DNA from: an uncultured Rhodospirillales bacterium
Lineage (GTDB): Bacteria > Pseudomonadota > Alphaproteobacteria > RF32 > CAG-239
Length of the DNA: 64,000 nt
Assembly: GCA_902761715.1 (NCBI GenBank)
Contig: CACWLK010000008.1
Location: 8,307 to 72,306 of the forward strand
Direction: 5' to 3'
Positions 27,047 to 36,532 of this stretch are shown here, one piece after another. A program made the translations under genes and the position numbers. The notes beneath the pieces are model-generated. The model had not been told where the DNA came from. It made no database searches and was given only the letters and a program-made list of their open reading frames with translations. Numbering within the stretch: position 1 is the stretch's first letter; every line of letters begins with the position of its first letter.

Positions 27047-28114
27047 CTAGCGAGTACGAGACCGAGGACGTGGTTGCATGCGTCCACGGGTTGGAGTTTT
27101 ACTCTTTGTCGGTGTAGACTTGCGAACATAAGTGCGGGCTAAATCCTGTTTCATTGCATAGTGCAGTGAATCTGTCGGGCAGGCAAGTTTGGAATCAGGG
27201 GCAAAGCGCTCCTCAATCTTGTCAGCATCGCCGTGGCAACCATGTAAGGCGCCAAGCATTGTGCCCTTGAGCCTTGAAATTGGCAAATCGACCTCGCCTG
27301 ACAAAATAGCGTATTCATTCTGGCGGCGGTCAAGCAAAATGTTGGCTCCTGATTTTGCACGTTTGTAGGACAAATATTTTTCTTTGAATTCACGTTCAGA
27401 ACCTTCTGTCCTCAATACAAAATGAATTGTGGCAATGTCTGAAAGCTCCGATGGGGTACGGTCTTTGTTGCGCAATTTTCCACTACCGGTATTGTACAGC
27501 AGGCTACCCATAACCGCAATTTCGACTTCAGACATATGCTCCATCGGGAGATATTTTACCATATCATCGGCCATGTTTTTATCAATATGGTGAGTAACAA
27601 CGGCAACGCCTTCTTCTTCAGTGCGGATTGCATCGCCCCTAACGACTTTGGTTCCGTTGGCTTTTTCGCAGTTGCCGACGCCATAGGTCCAGCATTTGCC
27701 ATTGGGATCCCAATAAGCACGGCTCTTAAAGCCTTCAAAGTGAGCAATCAGATAAACCATGTATTCTTCGCACGCTTTAAGCTTTTCACGGCGTAAGTTT
27801 AGAATACTATCATTTTGAGTAGTGGCACGGTAGGTATCTAAGTATAATTTTTTCTTTGTCTCTGATTTGCTAATACTACTATATATTTCTTCATTGAGAC
27901 TATCAGCTTTAGAAGCGCTTAGCTCAAATGATGCACTGTCTTGTTTTTGCTCAATGGGAGAACGTACCATTTCAGTTTTTTCTGAATTTAGGCTATCCTG
28001 TTCTAACAAAGGTGCTTCTTGTGCATTGAGTGCACTGTGAAAACCGGTTGCTCCCAAAAACAAGCTGAGACGTGTGGCAGCACTGACTAATTTATCTTTC
28101 ATTCTCTTATTCAT
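27047..28114 (-). CDS. secreted protein with GH24 (T4-type) lysozyme domain and basic C-terminal tail
   Basis: Signal-like N-terminus. HFEGFKSRAYWDPNGKCWTYGVGN matches the E...D...T catalytic pattern of phage-type lysozymes. The C-terminus is KSTPTKSKTPTRGRMQPRPRSRTR. Confidence 0.7.
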   Translation of the reverse strand: MNKRMKDKLVSAATRLSLFLGATGFHSALNAQEAPLLEQDSLNSEKTEMVRSPIEQKQDSASFELSASKADSLNEEIYSSISKSETKKKLYLDTYRATTQNDSILNLRREKLKACEEYMVYLIAHFEGFKSRAYWDPNGKCWTYGVGNCEKANGTKVVRGDAIRTEEEGVAVVTHHIDKNMADDMVKYLPMEHMSEVEIAVMGSLLYNTGSGKLRNKDRTPSELSDIATIHFVLRTEGSEREFKEKYLSYKRAKSGANILLDRRQNEYAILSGEVDLPISRLKGTMLGALHGCHGDADKIEERFAPDSKLACPTDSLHYAMKQDLARTYVRKSTPTKSKTPTRGRMQPRPRSRTR

Positions 28115-28213
28115 CTTACTCTCCTATTTTTCTTGGGGGTATTATAGCATATTTTGCTAAGCGCTTCAACCCCTTGAGAAAAATAATTAATAAGTTTTTT
28201 AATCACCTGGTTT

Positions 28214-28610
28214 TTCAGCTCAAGTAAATAGCCAATAAAAAATCCCCCATATGGGGGATTTTAGGCTCTTGTTCCGTAAGTTTTGTGGGTAATCGCAAAA
28301 CTAACTTCAATTCGGTCAAAGCGACTTGTAAAATTCGCTTCACAGGCTGTCGCTCTGTTCGCTCATCAACAAGTGCTTTTCAGCCAATAAAAAATCCCCC
28401 ATGTGGAAAAAAATAAAAATGTGCTTCACCTTAGATGGTGCGCGCGCTTTCGCACTGCGCATCTCTCGCTAAAGCTCGAGACCTCGGATGGCTTGCGCCA
28501 CCTCGTCATCTCGGCTTGCAAAATTCGCAAGCCGAGCTTCGAACCACTTGGTTCTTCAGCTTAGGTAAATAGCCAATAAAAAATCCCCCATGTGGGGGAT
28601 TTTTTATTGG
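28214..28610. repeat. three copies of the tRNA-Gln terminator hairpin plus a partial tRNA 3' end
   Basis: TTCAGC(T.A.GTAAATA)GCCAATAAAAAATCCCCCAT.TGG occurs at 28214-28262, 28379-28406 (truncated) and 28555-28610. The 10-nt tRNA 3' segment TGCTTCACCT recurs at ~28422-28431. Confidence 0.7.
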
Positions 28611-28681
28611 CTGCTTCACCTGGATTCGAACCAAGATTAACGGAGTCAGAGTCCGCTGTCCTACCATTAGACGATGAAGCA
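28608..28681 (-). tRNA. tRNA-Gln (anticodon CUG), CCA encoded
   Basis: Cloverleaf on the reverse complement: acceptor TGCTTCA/TGAAGCA, anticodon stem GCGGA/TCCGT with loop CTCTGAC, T-arm CTTGG-TTCGAAT-CCAGG. Confidence 0.85.
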
Positions 28682-28737
28682 AACATCAAAACTGGAAGTT
28701 TTTTATGCCAAAACAATCTTGATGTCAATAATATTTT

Positions 28738-30507
28738 TTATTTCTTTTCGTCTTCAACAATCTCAATGTGCAATTCTTTTTTCTGTTGTTCGGTAACATA
28801 GTTCGGAGCTTGCATCATCAAGTCTTGAGCCTTGCCGTTCAACGGGAAAAGAATTACATCGCGAATAATCGGCTCATCTAAAAGCAACATCACCAAACGA
28901 TCAATGCCATAAGCCGAGCCGGCGTGCGGTGGTGCGCCAAACTTAAAGGCACTTATCATGCCACCGAATTTGTTATCAACGACAGAATTATCATAACCGG
29001 CAATCTCAAATGCCTTGTACATAATATCTGGTTCATGATTTCTGACAGCACCAGACAGTAACTCTACGCCGTTGCAGACAAAGTCATACTGATAAGCTAA
29101 AATATCCAATGGTTTTTTATTTAGCAATGAATCCATACCGCCCTGAGGCATAGAAAAAGGATTGTGCGAAAATTCTACCGCGCCAGTTTCTTCATTTTCT
29201 TCATAGAACGGAAAATCTACTATCCAGCACATTTTGAAACTGTTTTGATCAATCAAACCAAGTTCTTCACCGACTTTGTTACGCAGGCGACCACTGAACT
29301 TGTCAAATTTCATACCGGAACCGACCATAAAGATGACAGCATCGCCATCGCTTAAGCCGAAACTTTGTTTGAGTTCGTCCATCTTAGCCTCACTAAGCAG
29401 GCGGGCAATACCCTTAGCTCCGTTTGCAGACAATGCAACGTACGCTATGCCGCCCATGCCTTCTTCTTTGGCGTAAGCATCAAGCTTATCAAAGAAAGAA
29501 CGTGGTTTGTCGGCAATACCGGTAACCACCATGGCTTTTACGGTTTTTCCTTCTTTTACCATGCTGTCGTAGACACCAAAACCGCTATCACCAAAAAATG
29601 AAGTGGCGTTTTGGAGTTTAAGCGGGTTACGCAAGTCCGGTTTATCCGAGCCGTAGGTCATCATTGCCTCACGGAAAGGAATTCTGATAAACGGAGCCTG
29701 ATCAACGGTTTTGCCGTTGGCAAATTCATTAAAAATTGCGCCAAGAGTATGCTCGTTGACAGCAAATACATCTTCTTGGGTAGCAAAACTCATTTCCAAG
29801 TCGAGCTGATAAAACTCACCGGGTGAGCGGTCAGCACGCGGGTCCTCATCACGAAAACAAGGGGCAACCTGAAAATAGCGATCAAATCCTGAAACCATCA
29901 AAAGCTGCTTGAACTGTTGCGGGGCTTGTGGAAGAGCGTAAAATTTGCCGGGGTTTAGACGGGACGGAACCAAGAAGTCACGAGCTCCCTCCGGAGAAGA
30001 AGCGGTAAGAATCGGAGTTTGGTATTCTGTGAACCCCTGCTCTCTCATCAACTCACGCGAACGCTGTATAACTGCTGAACGCAATAAAATGTTTTTGTGA
30101 ATGCGGTCTTTACGCAAATCAAGAAAACGGTATTTCAAGCGAATTTCTTCAGGAGCATCATCTTCAATAGCTACTTGGAACGGCAAAACATCGGCTTTGG
30201 AATATATGGTTAAGGCATCAACCTTGATTTCGATTTCGCCGGTAGGAATGTTTTTATTGATGCTTTCTCTGATTACGGCTTCACCTTCAATACCAATAAC
30301 GGATTCTACACGTAAGTCCTGAATTTGTGCAAACAGCGGAGATGCGCTGTTAAATACACACTGAGTAATACCGTAATGATCTCGCAAATCGACAAAGCAC
30401 AAGTTGCCCAAATTACGTTTACGATGAATCCAGCCGGCAAGTTTAACGCGCTTTCCGGCATCGGACGCTCTGAGCTGTCCGCAAGTAAAATTACGATATT
30501 CGTTCAT
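28738..30507 (-). CDS. aspS: aspartate--tRNA ligase
   Basis: 589 aa class IIb aaRS: N-terminal OB fold, ...FRDED.RADR..EF.Q.D.E... motif 2 region, and GGIAYGIDRLVM-like motif 3 (GSAYGIDRLVMLL). Confidence 0.95.
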   Translation of the reverse strand: MNEYRNFTCGQLRASDAGKRVKLAGWIHRKRNLGNLCFVDLRDHYGITQCVFNSASPLFAQIQDLRVESVIGIEGEAVIRESINKNIPTGEIEIKVDALTIYSKADVLPFQVAIEDDAPEEIRLKYRFLDLRKDRIHKNILLRSAVIQRSRELMREQGFTEYQTPILTASSPEGARDFLVPSRLNPGKFYALPQAPQQFKQLLMVSGFDRYFQVAPCFRDEDPRADRSPGEFYQLDLEMSFATQEDVFAVNEHTLGAIFNEFANGKTVDQAPFIRIPFREAMMTYGSDKPDLRNPLKLQNATSFFGDSGFGVYDSMVKEGKTVKAMVVTGIADKPRSFFDKLDAYAKEEGMGGIAYVALSANGAKGIARLLSEAKMDELKQSFGLSDGDAVIFMVGSGMKFDKFSGRLRNKVGEELGLIDQNSFKMCWIVDFPFYEENEETGAVEFSHNPFSMPQGGMDSLLNKKPLDILAYQYDFVCNGVELLSGAVRNHEPDIMYKAFEIAGYDNSVVDNKFGGMISAFKFGAPPHAGSAYGIDRLVMLLLDEPIIRDVILFPLNGKAQDLMMQAPNYVTEQQKKELHIEIVEDEKK

Positions 30508-30643
30508 TTTTACACCTTAATTTAATTTATTAACTGGGCGCTATTATTATGCTAAAATATGCGAAAATCAACATTAAAAACAAAATTTAAAACAATCTTA
30601 AGTATGTTTTGCTAATTTAGTGGAAAAATTAAGGAACAAAAAT

Positions 30644-31786
30644 ATGCAACTTATCTATCAAACCAAAGAACTTAATGAGCTATGCTCCCGCCTGTACGAA
30701 AAGGATTTTGTGGCAGTCGATTTGGAATTTATCCGTGAAAAAACTTATTATCCGATTTTATGTTTAATTCAAATTGCTTCCGATGATGAAGCGGCAATCA
30801 TTGACCCTTTGGCGCCGGATATGGATTTCAGCGTTTTTTTTAAGTTGATGCAAAATCAAAAGGTTGTAAAAGTCTTTCACTCCTGCCGACAAGATGTTGA
30901 AATATTGTATAAAATGTCGGGAAAAGTGCCGACTCCGCTGTTTGACACGCAAATTGCCGCAATGGTGTGCGGTTTTGGAGAAAGTGTAGGCTATGAAAGA
31001 CTGGTAAAAGCCGTCTTCGGCATCGAACTCGATAAAACCGATTGTCTTTCAAACTGGCAGTTGCGACCATTGAACGAACACCAGTTGGAATACGCCTGCG
31101 GCGATGTTACGCATTTGGTCAATTTGTATACATATTTTAAGCAAAAACTTGAAGAAAACGGACGTCTCGGCTGGATAAAGGAAGAACTGGCAGTGGCAGC
31201 TGATCCTAAAACATATCAGGTCAATCCTCAAGAAATATGGCAAAAAATAAAATTTCGCTCTCACAACAGTAAGGTATTGTCCAACCTGCGAGATTTGGCA
31301 GCTTGGCGAGAGTTGCGTGCGCAAGAAAAAAACACCCCGCGCCAGAGTATTATTAAAGATGACATTTTAACCATGATTGCCACAGCAGCTCCTAAAAGCA
31401 AAGATGAGCTGGAAAAAATCCGCGGCATGCGCAAAGATGTGGCATCAGGCAAGCTCGGCGATGAGATTATTGAGGTCATAAAAAAGGTCAAGACAGACAA
31501 TAAAATTACTAAAAATCAGGCTGTTGAGGACATCAACTTTATCCCGTCATTGGTTGAAATGTTTAAGCTGTTGCTTAAAATTGTAAGCCAGCAACATGAT
31601 GTGGTGCCAAAATTGATTGCCTCGGAGTATGATTTGCACCGACTCGGAGCATTTAAGGATAAAAACAACCCGGTTCTTGAAGGGTGGAGAAACGAGGTGT
31701 TCGGAGAAAAAGCCCTAAAACTGAGAAAAGGAGAACTCTCAATTCGCTATAACCCCAAGACCAAAAATATTGATTTTCAGGAATAA
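30644..31786 (+). CDS. rnd: ribonuclease D
   Basis: DEDDy 3'-5' exonuclease motifs (VAVDLEF..., VFHSCRQDVE, YACGDVTHL) plus an HRDC region. Start moved to ATG 30644 (AAGGA upstream). Confidence 0.9.
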   Translation: MQLIYQTKELNELCSRLYEKDFVAVDLEFIREKTYYPILCLIQIASDDEAAIIDPLAPDMDFSVFFKLMQNQKVVKVFHSCRQDVEILYKMSGKVPTPLFDTQIAAMVCGFGESVGYERLVKAVFGIELDKTDCLSNWQLRPLNEHQLEYACGDVTHLVNLYTYFKQKLEENGRLGWIKEELAVAADPKTYQVNPQEIWQKIKFRSHNSKVLSNLRDLAAWRELRAQEKNTPRQSIIKDDILTMIATAAPKSKDELEKIRGMRKDVASGKLGDEIIEVIKKVKTDNKITKNQAVEDINFIPSLVEMFKLLLKIVSQQHDVVPKLIASEYDLHRLGAFKDKNNPVLEGWRNEVFGEKALKLRKGELSIRYNPKTKNIDFQE

Positions 31787-31816
31787 AAAAAAGCTCCCAA
31801 GAAGGGAGCTTTTTTA
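31784..31816. terminator. bidirectional intrinsic terminator between rnd and yebC
   Basis: AAAAAAAAGCTCCCAAGAAGGGAGCTTTTTT. Confidence 0.7.
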
Positions 31817-31830
31817 TAGTCCGAAACGAA

Positions 31831-32586
31831 TTATTCACTTTCCAAGGCTTTGAGAACTTCTTCGGAGAACTCGGCATTGTGATAAACATGCTGAACATCA
31901 TCATCGTCCTCAAGAGCATCTATAAACTCTAAGAATTTACGCGCCTGCTCAAGATCGGTAATATCAACTTTTACGGTTGGTTTCCAGTCAAGACGTGAGG
32001 CCGATGGAGTACCGAATTGTTTTTCCAAGTTTTCGGTAACGCTGTTCAAGTCATCGGGCAAAGTCTCAATTTCGTGGCACTCGGTATCGGTGACTACATC
32101 ATTGGCACCGGCTTCCAAGGCGCTTTCAAACATTTTGTCAGCATCGGCGGCTTCGAGAGGATATTTGATATATCCGATATGTTCAAAGTTGAAAACAACT
32201 GAACCGCTGTCCCCTAAAGCACCGCCACGTTTGCCGAAAATGGTACGAATGTTGCCGACCGTACGATTTTTATTGTCGGTCAAAGCCTCAACAATTACCG
32301 CAACTTTTCCGGGACCAAAGCCCTCGTAACGCATTGAAACATAGTCATCACCACCGGCAACCTGTGTAGCTTTGGCAATAGCACGCTCAATATTGTCTTT
32401 AGGCATACTCTCGGCACGTGCGGCCTGAATGGCCAAGCGCAAGCGAGGGTTTTTATCAGGATCGGGAAGTCCGGTTTTGGCGGCCAAAGTGATATCACGC
32501 GCTAACTTGGCAAATACTTTGGCTTTTTTGGCATCTTGGGCACCTTTGCGGTACATAATATTCTTAAACTGGGAATGTCCAGACAT
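31831..32586 (-). CDS. yebC: YebC/PmpR family DNA-binding regulator
   Basis: MSGHSQFKNIMYRKGAQDAKKAKVFAKL... is the canonical family N-terminus. Confidence 0.9.
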   Translation of the reverse strand: MSGHSQFKNIMYRKGAQDAKKAKVFAKLARDITLAAKTGLPDPDKNPRLRLAIQAARAESMPKDNIERAIAKATQVAGGDDYVSMRYEGFGPGKVAVIVEALTDNKNRTVGNIRTIFGKRGGALGDSGSVVFNFEHIGYIKYPLEAADADKMFESALEAGANDVVTDTECHEIETLPDDLNSVTENLEKQFGTPSASRLDWKPTVKVDITDLEQARKFLEFIDALEDDDDVQHVYHNAEFSEEVLKALESE

Positions 32587-32615
32587 TGTAAAATCTCCTA
32601 CAATTTCTTTTGTTT

Positions 32616-33398
32616 TTATTTATTTGCTGCTTCGGCGAGAATCATATACTCTACGCGTGAGTCATCCGCACCAAAGATTTTTATTTCTACGCCGGCGATT
32701 TGAATAATCCCCGGTTTGTTTTCAAAATTATAAGTATGAAACTCACCCGTAGCTCCGCCGGCATCATATTGCATTAATGTAAACGTCATTATGTTGTTTT
32801 TGACGCCGTTAAACTTAATTTCAAAGCCGTCGACCATGTCGCTTTGCAATACGCGACTTTTGGTAACCGGCTCAAACTGAAAACCTTCAGGAGTAACCGT
32901 AAAAGTATCACTCAGCAAAACAAGTTTGTCGTCACGGACAGTGCCGATATGTTTTTGCAAAGTGTAGTTTTCGTCAACCAAAAATACGGTCGTGGGGCTG
33001 TCTGAAGCGATGAGGTAATATGTTTGACCATCAATATGGGTGCGACCGAACACCTCGTATTTTTTACCGCCTTCAATAAACGAAGGGCTGACACCAGAAC
33101 TAAGCATGGCGTTACTCGGGGCAATAATCGACTCCTGAACATAGTAGTTTTTGTCATAGCTCTTGGTGTCAACAACAGTAAAGCCTTTGTATGCGGTCAA
33201 CAGCTTATTAGCCTTAAAATTTGACTCGTGCATGGTTTCACTGCCTAAAAGACGCTCTTTTGCGGATGCCATATATTCAATCGGGTAGCTGGAAAGACCG
33301 GCAATCCAGCCACTGCGTTCCGGCCAGAAGTTTAACTCTCCTGCGTGGATGCACCCACTGAGGCATAGGACAATACCTAATATTCTCAAAGCTCTCAT
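32616..33398 (-). CDS. lipoprotein, function unknown
   Basis: Signal peptide with lipobox LSGC. 260 aa. Confidence 0.55.
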   Translation of the reverse strand: MRALRILGIVLCLSGCIHAGELNFWPERSGWIAGLSSYPIEYMASAKERLLGSETMHESNFKANKLLTAYKGFTVVDTKSYDKNYYVQESIIAPSNAMLSSGVSPSFIEGGKKYEVFGRTHIDGQTYYLIASDSPTTVFLVDENYTLQKHIGTVRDDKLVLLSDTFTVTPEGFQFEPVTKSRVLQSDMVDGFEIKFNGVKNNIMTFTLMQYDAGGATGEFHTYNFENKPGIIQIAGVEIKIFGADDSRVEYMILAEAANK

Positions 33399-33494
33399 AT
33401 TACAATCTCTTCAAAAAGTTTTTATAATTTTTAACTTTTATATACTATAAACTTTATTTAGTAAATAACAGATTGTAACTTATAGGATAATTTT

Positions 33495-34373
33495 ATGAGT
33501 GAATCCATCGGTGAGAGTTGGCAGATTGTTTTTGAGCCCGTGAGCAAGCCTGATTCGGCTTTTGACGAGTTTGTTGAAAGCTATTTTGAAGTTGTAACCA
33601 TTGACTATACGGATCAAGGATTATTGCAATATTCGGGGTGTTTATCCCATAAACCGGATGAGAAAAATTTAAACGAATCGGCAAAATCAGCCGGTATAGT
33701 TTTGCCGCATTACAAATGCGTGTTTGTGCCGGCACAGAATTGGCTGACCAAAAATGTAATTAAATTTCCGCCACTTGAAACCGAAGATTTTTTGATTTAC
33801 GGTGCCCACGAGGACCACACACCCAAAACCGACAAACTAGCAATCAAGATTTATGCCGCAACCGCTTTCGGCTCGGGACAGCATCAAACAACCAGACTAT
33901 GCCTAAAACTGTTGAGCTCACTTAATGCTCAGGGCAAAAAAGCCGAAAACATTTTGGATATGGGGTGTGGATCGGGAATTTTGGCGTTGAGCGCATGCAA
34001 ACTTTGGGAATCGGCTCAAGCCTTGGGGGTTGATATTGACGGAGAAGCGGTAGCCGTAACTTTGAAAAATGCCGCTGACAACAAACTCGACACACAAGTT
34101 CATGCTATTGAAAGCAACGGATTTAACAATCATCTGATTGATAAAAGGGCACCATTTCAACTTATATTTGCCAATATCTTGGCACGTCCTTTGATTGAGA
34201 TGGCCCCTGATATTGCAAAAAATTTACAAACGCGAGGTTGGGCCGTTTTGTCGGGATTTATTGATGAACAAGTCGACTGGATAAAGCAAGAGTATAAAAA
34301 GCACGGAATGACCGCAATTAAAATTCTTAATGACGAAAATTGGTATGCAATTTTGATGGAGAAAATACGATGA
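33495..34373 (+). CDS. prmA: ribosomal protein L11 methyltransferase
   Basis: ...FGSGQHQTTRLCL... and the SAM motif DMGCGSGILAL. Confidence 0.85.
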   Translation: MSESIGESWQIVFEPVSKPDSAFDEFVESYFEVVTIDYTDQGLLQYSGCLSHKPDEKNLNESAKSAGIVLPHYKCVFVPAQNWLTKNVIKFPPLETEDFLIYGAHEDHTPKTDKLAIKIYAATAFGSGQHQTTRLCLKLLSSLNAQGKKAENILDMGCGSGILALSACKLWESAQALGVDIDGEAVAVTLKNAADNKLDTQVHAIESNGFNNHLIDKRAPFQLIFANILARPLIEMAPDIAKNLQTRGWAVLSGFIDEQVDWIKQEYKKHGMTAIKILNDENWYAILMEKIR

Positions 34374-36055
34374 AAATACGTGATATACAAGACCATATGG
34401 ATTGTGATGCTCTGATTGTTTTTCGTAACAATCAATTTTTGGGGCAGGATATTCTCGATGAGGAAAATCGTATTTTGGAGTTAACCAATTTCAGCGGTTC
34501 GGCCGGAACTTTGGTAATTATGCGCAAAAAAGCCTTTTTGTTTGTGGACGGAAGATATGAAATTCAAGCCCAAAAGCAAACCGATGCCAAAACAGTATCT
34601 GTCATTGTTGAAAGTGCCGAACAAAATTTTAATACCTGGCTAAAGGATAACCTGTCATCTGCAACAATTACATACAATCCTTGGCAAATTTCTGAATCGA
34701 GAATACAAAAACTTAAAAGAATGTTGCCTGATGCAAAATGGATATCACAACCGCAAATCTTGGCAACACCACGTGCAACGGCATTTGAACAACCATTGAA
34801 ATATGCAGGACAAAAGACTGCCGATAAAGTAAAAGAGCTGAAAAATCAGATGTCGGAGAACAATTGCGGAGCGGTGTTGGTATGTGCTGCCGACAGTGTT
34901 TCGTGGTTGTTGAATCTACGGTCAAATGCCCTGCCCGAAACACCGATTGTGCGTGCCATGGCAATGGTTACCAAAAGCGGAAAAGTTATAATGTTTGCAG
35001 ACAATTTGGTGCTCCCAAAAGATTGTAAATTTGAAAAAAGACCGTTGTCCAAAATTAATTCGGCTTTAAAAGAATCGGGAGCTGAAAAAATTATACTCGA
35101 TTTTGCAACATCGCCGGCAATTATTGCCGAGATGTGTCGAGAAGCAAAAATCAAAACCGTTAACAAACCTGACTTGTGTGCAATATTAAAGGCCGAAAAA
35201 AACAAAAATGAGTTACAAGGCATGATTAATGCCCACATCAAAGATGGTGTGGCAATGTGCAAATTTTTGGCGTGGTTTGAAAACAACTATCAAAAAAAGA
35301 GCGAAATTGATATTGTGAAAAAAGTTTTGAGCTTTCGCAAACAGCAAGAACTTTTTCATTCGGTTAGTTTCGGAACAATTGCGGGAAGCGGAGCCAATGC
35401 CGCAATTATTCACTATCAGCCGACTGAAAAACAATTCGGAAAAATCAAAAACAATTCGGTATTACTGCTAGACAGCGGTGCACAATATCAAGATGGAACA
35501 ACCGATATTACCCGTACAATTGCCGTCGGAAAACCTACCAAAGATATGATTGAGAAGTTTACCATTGTACTCAAGGCACATATTGCGCTAAGCTCACAAA
35601 AGTTTCCTGAGCACACAAGCGGCAACCGACTTGATGCAATATGTCGCAGCATGATGTGGAGATACGGACTTGATTATAAACACGGAACCGGTCATGGTGT
35701 CGGAAGTTTTTTGAATGTACACGAGGGACCGCAGAGTATGGGAGCAACAGGAAACTCTTATCCGCTGAAGCCGAATATGGTGCTTTCTATTGAACCGGGG
35801 TATTATAAAGAGAACAATTTCGGAATTAGAATCGAAAATTTGGTGTATGTTGCAAAGTCATCCGTATCAGGATTTTTGAATTTTGTACCATTAACCCTTG
35901 TGCCTATTGATTTTAAGTTGATTGATAAATATCTCCTGAACGAGAGGGAAATAAACTGGCTTAATGAGTATCATCATACAACCTACAAACTTATTGCTCC
36001 GCACCTTGATAAAAGCGAGCGTGAGTGGTTGCAAAAGGCCTGCGCCCCTCTGTAG
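34370..36055 (+). CDS. pepP: Xaa-Pro aminopeptidase (M24B)
   Basis: Pita-bread metal ligands (LLDSGAQY.DGTTDITRT, HGTGHGVG, EPGYY, IRIENL). Start ATG 34370 overlaps the prmA stop (ATGA). Confidence 0.85.
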   Translation: MKIRDIQDHMDCDALIVFRNNQFLGQDILDEENRILELTNFSGSAGTLVIMRKKAFLFVDGRYEIQAQKQTDAKTVSVIVESAEQNFNTWLKDNLSSATITYNPWQISESRIQKLKRMLPDAKWISQPQILATPRATAFEQPLKYAGQKTADKVKELKNQMSENNCGAVLVCAADSVSWLLNLRSNALPETPIVRAMAMVTKSGKVIMFADNLVLPKDCKFEKRPLSKINSALKESGAEKIILDFATSPAIIAEMCREAKIKTVNKPDLCAILKAEKNKNELQGMINAHIKDGVAMCKFLAWFENNYQKKSEIDIVKKVLSFRKQQELFHSVSFGTIAGSGANAAIIHYQPTEKQFGKIKNNSVLLLDSGAQYQDGTTDITRTIAVGKPTKDMIEKFTIVLKAHIALSSQKFPEHTSGNRLDAICRSMMWRYGLDYKHGTGHGVGSFLNVHEGPQSMGATGNSYPLKPNMVLSIEPGYYKENNFGIRIENLVYVAKSSVSGFLNFVPLTLVPIDFKLIDKYLLNEREINWLNEYHHTTYKLIAPHLDKSEREWLQKACAPL

Positions 36056-36070
36056 ATAACAGGGGAAAAT

Positions 36071-36532
36071 ATGAATAAAATTATCGCAATTGCCATGGTA
36101 ATGCTTTTGCCGTGTTGGGTAATGGCACAGTTGCCGCAGTATCAAGGACAATACAATCCACAAGAAAGTCTGCAGGAATATTTTGCGCAAACACAACCGC
36201 ATTATGACAGATCAATCATTTTTGTGTTTTTTAATAACAATCCATGTTACGGTTGTCCGCAGGCAATATCAATGTTGGATAGAATATACCGGCAATACTA
36301 CGCACAAAAGTATAGTCTGCTTATGGTAGATTATCAAAGCGATACAGAATATAATTTTGCGGCAACGTATGATTTGTCGCAGCCGCTAGAGGTTGTTTTG
36401 GTGCGTATTGATGACGGGGCGGTTTTCGGATACCAGAAAATTGAAGGTTTGCAAAATCAAATATCGGACAAAACTTCGTTTGAAGAATATGTCCGATATC
36501 GAATTGACAGTTTTTTGGGCAATAACGGTTAG
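36071..36532 (+). CDS. secreted thioredoxin-fold-like protein
   Basis: Signal peptide plus a CYGC (CxxC) motif in ...FFNNNPCYGCPQA... Confidence 0.45.
   Translation: MNKIIAIAMVMLLPCWVMAQLPQYQGQYNPQESLQEYFAQTQPHYDRSIIFVFFNNNPCYGCPQAISMLDRIYRQYYAQKYSLLMVDYQSDTEYNFAATYDLSQPLEVVLVRIDDGAVFGYQKIEGLQNQISDKTSFEEYVRYRIDSFLGNNG

Noticed and set aside
28214-28610. Possible CRISPR-like array (three similar palindromic repeats with 130-160-bp spacers).
   Set aside because: There are only three copies, one of them truncated. The repeat is the tRNA-Gln terminator itself, the spacing is irregular and too long, and no cas genes are present.
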